64,000 nucleotides of DNA from a virus. Position 1 is the first letter of the stretch; every line of letters begins with the position of its first letter. Shown here piece after piece: positions 62,060 through 64,000 of this stretch. The stretch lies in the IMG/VR virus record IMGVR_UViG_3300002307_000001, positions 61,269 through 125,268 of that record; one strand, given 5' to 3'. Position numbers and translations under genes: made by a program. Under the pieces are notes generated by a model. That model was not told where the DNA came from, ran no database searches, and saw only the letters and a list, made by a program, of their open reading frames with translations.

Positions 62060-62487
62060 GATTCCAAGACCAAACATTTTTGCACGAAGAATTAGACTAT
62101 AGAGGTAGTAAATTTACTATGAAAGGCAATTGTATGATGGCTTGTTATGCATCGTATTTTGAATTTGACGTATCAGAAGTCCCTCAAATACAATTTTTGA
62201 CAGGAACTCTAAAACCTAAATATTTTTGGAACGACGTATTGAACTTATGGTTAAATCAATTAGGGTATGAGGAGTATTATTATAAAGCGGACACAGACCC
62301 ATACATAAAGGGATTTACAGACGACTATTATTTTGCATTTGGCACAACAAATAGGAATTTAGGGGTTATGCATCAGGTAATATTTAAAGATGGGGAAATG
62401 GTTCACGACCCACATCCTAGTAAATCGGGATTAGTAAAAATTGAAGGATTTATTACACTAGATAAACTTAAAACCACCAACCCATGA
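62056..62487 (+). CDS. Papain/C39-like fold protein
   Basis: Q...GNCMMACYAS...HQVI...VHDPHP (Cys-His-Asp). Confidence 0.55.
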   Translation: MRFQDQTFLHEELDYRGSKFTMKGNCMMACYASYFEFDVSEVPQIQFLTGTLKPKYFWNDVLNLWLNQLGYEEYYYKADTDPYIKGFTDDYYFAFGTTNRNLGVMHQVIFKDGEMVHDPHPSKSGLVKIEGFITLDKLKTTNP

Positions 62488-63019
62488 GCGAAATAAAGCT
62501 ACCAAGTGAAGTAAGGCAAAGCCTGCAATCTGAATTTTCAAAACAGGATGGATACCACTACTGGAATGGAGAGGAATCGATATGGGTTGATGGAAATTCA
62601 GAAGTAATTGATGCTGCAAGCAAGGGTGCTAAGATAGCTGCCACCCACTACGAGAAAGAGAATAAGAGGGTGGTGGAGTTGCTGATGAGTCGCATTTTAC
62701 ATGAATGGAATATCATGTATCACTTTCAAAGAGAAAATTACAATAACGATTTTGAAACCTACTGGTTGCAATATTGCAAAGAAAACAATATAAAATAATG
62801 ATTATGAAAGACGTAAAAGTTCAAGAGAAAAGTCACGAGAATATAGTTAAGGAAACATATCCAGATGCAGAATCGGATTTTATACTTGACCATGAAGGGA
62901 ATATGTCAATATTTATTAGCTCAATGGCAGTAGGTGACATAATATCTAATTTCTGTCATAGCGAACAAAGCGCATGGGATAGCGCATTTGAAAACTTAAA
63001 ACAACAGGGTAAATTATGA
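62484..63019 (+). CDS. Two hypothetical proteins
   Basis: ORF track. Confidence 0.5.
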
Positions 63020-63237
63020 TACAAATAACCAAATGGCAGAACAGCCGTAATAAAATTAAGTAATCATAAAAGATTAGAAATAATGAAAAAACTAATTAAT
63101 AAAGCTAAAATACTGGTATTCGGAGAGGCAGCTACAGGTGAGAAGATAGTATCACCATGTGGTATTAGGACAGTAATGCCGGATAGGTTATTGTCGTTTA
63201 ACGCATTTATGCGAGTTAATAAAGTTTCTAAAGCAAC

Positions 63238-63510
63238 ATGGGGATTGTGAAACGCAAAGAACTACTAAACAGCAAAGGATATTGGTTAGCACAGACACAG
63301 GTAATAATCTGGGAAACTGTTAGCCAATATCTTAATATAAAACACATTAGTCCATCTGAATTCGCTACATTAGCAGGTATATCTTTATACAAGGTAAGAA
63401 AGATACTCAAAGGAGATTGGAGTGGCTCAATGGTCGAGTATATACAGGTAATGATAGCATGTAAGAAAGCAGTAAAGATTCAGGTAGAAGAACTAAATAA
63501 ACAGAAATAA
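63238..63510 (+). CDS. XRE-like HTH protein
   Basis: ISPSEFATLAGISLYKVRKILKG. Confidence 0.65.
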   Translation: MGIVKRKELLNSKGYWLAQTQVIIWETVSQYLNIKHISPSEFATLAGISLYKVRKILKGDWSGSMVEYIQVMIACKKAVKIQVEELNKQK

Positions 63511-63533
63511 TCAATAATTAAAAACCAAATAAT

Positions 63534-63878
63534 ATGCAAACAATACAGATTAATGAAATACAGGTTAATGGCTTAACTTATGTAATTAAAGGCTCTGAAA
63601 ATAATCAGATTAATTATACTGGTGAAATAAAAATAGTAGTATTACAGCGTGGATGGATATATGTAGGAAGATTTACAAGAGATGGTAATGACTGTAAATT
63701 AAATAATGCATATAATATTCGTACATGGGGAACTACTAAAGGGTTAGCAGAGTTAGTTCAAGGAGTAACATCATCTACTAAATTGGATAAATGTGAAGGA
63801 CTAGTTGAATTCGATTATCTTACAGTAGTACATACTATTTCAGTTAATCCTGAAAAATGGAAATCACTTATAAATTAA
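63534..63878 (+). CDS. Sm/SH3-like beta-barrel protein (DUF6948-like)
   Basis: IVVLQRGWIYVG...LNNAYNIRTWGTTKGLAEL. Confidence 0.55.
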   Translation: MQTIQINEIQVNGLTYVIKGSENNQINYTGEIKIVVLQRGWIYVGRFTRDGNDCKLNNAYNIRTWGTTKGLAELVQGVTSSTKLDKCEGLVEFDYLTVVHTISVNPEKWKSLIN

Positions 63879-63884
63879 TATGAA

Positions 63885-64000
63885 ATGGATAATAGAATAG
63901 CCGTTAATTTCGAAAATACCCAGAATTCCTATGGAAGTGGATATGGATATGGACATGGAACTGGAGATGGAAGTGGAAATGGATATGGAACTGGAGATGG
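63885..64000 (+). CDS. Gly-X dipeptide repeat protein, truncated by the window end; NNTGGA array from 63930
   Basis: MDNRIAVNFENTQNS-YGSGYGYGHGTGDGSGNGYGTGDG... Confidence 0.7.
   Translation, partial: MDNRIAVNFENTQNSYGSGYGYGHGTGDGSGNGYGTGD

Noticed and set aside
1-64000. Stop-codon reassignment as in some crAss-like phages
   Set aside because: Long genes are intact in code 11, TAG and TGA end real genes, and the tRNA-Gln anticodon is TTG rather than CTA.

Overview
This is a 64 kb segment of an AT-rich crAss-like (Crassvirales-type) podophage. The host is probably a Bacteroidota species, since TAnnTTTG -7 promoter boxes recur throughout. The code is standard 11, with no sign of stop-codon reassignment. 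Positions 1-41.9 kb (minus strand) are the virion module: internal/ejection proteins, tail stabilization (muzzle) and ring proteins, Cys-rich fibre proteins, a lysis-like membrane trio, major capsid protein, scaffold, portal, a terminase with a class 3 intein, glycosyltransferases, a nuclease, GroES and HU/IHF-like proteins. Positions 42-46.2 kb hold individually promoted accessory genes and an HNH insertion that appears to have replaced the 3' end of its target gene. From about 46.3 kb the plus strand carries small early-type genes, RepL-like genes around repeat-rich non-coding DNA, RNase H and an RNA-rich island (tmRNA, tRNA-Gln, aberrant tRNA-like RNAs, other structured RNAs, and a mini EF-Tu-like ORF). 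The best candidate for an undescribed system is a two-gene unit that occurs twice in unrelated versions: an Sm/Hfq-like fold gene immediately followed by a hexanucleotide array with invariant core and variable positions (NGGTCA x26 and NNTGGA x12 or more). All assignments come from motif recognition by eye; no searches were run.
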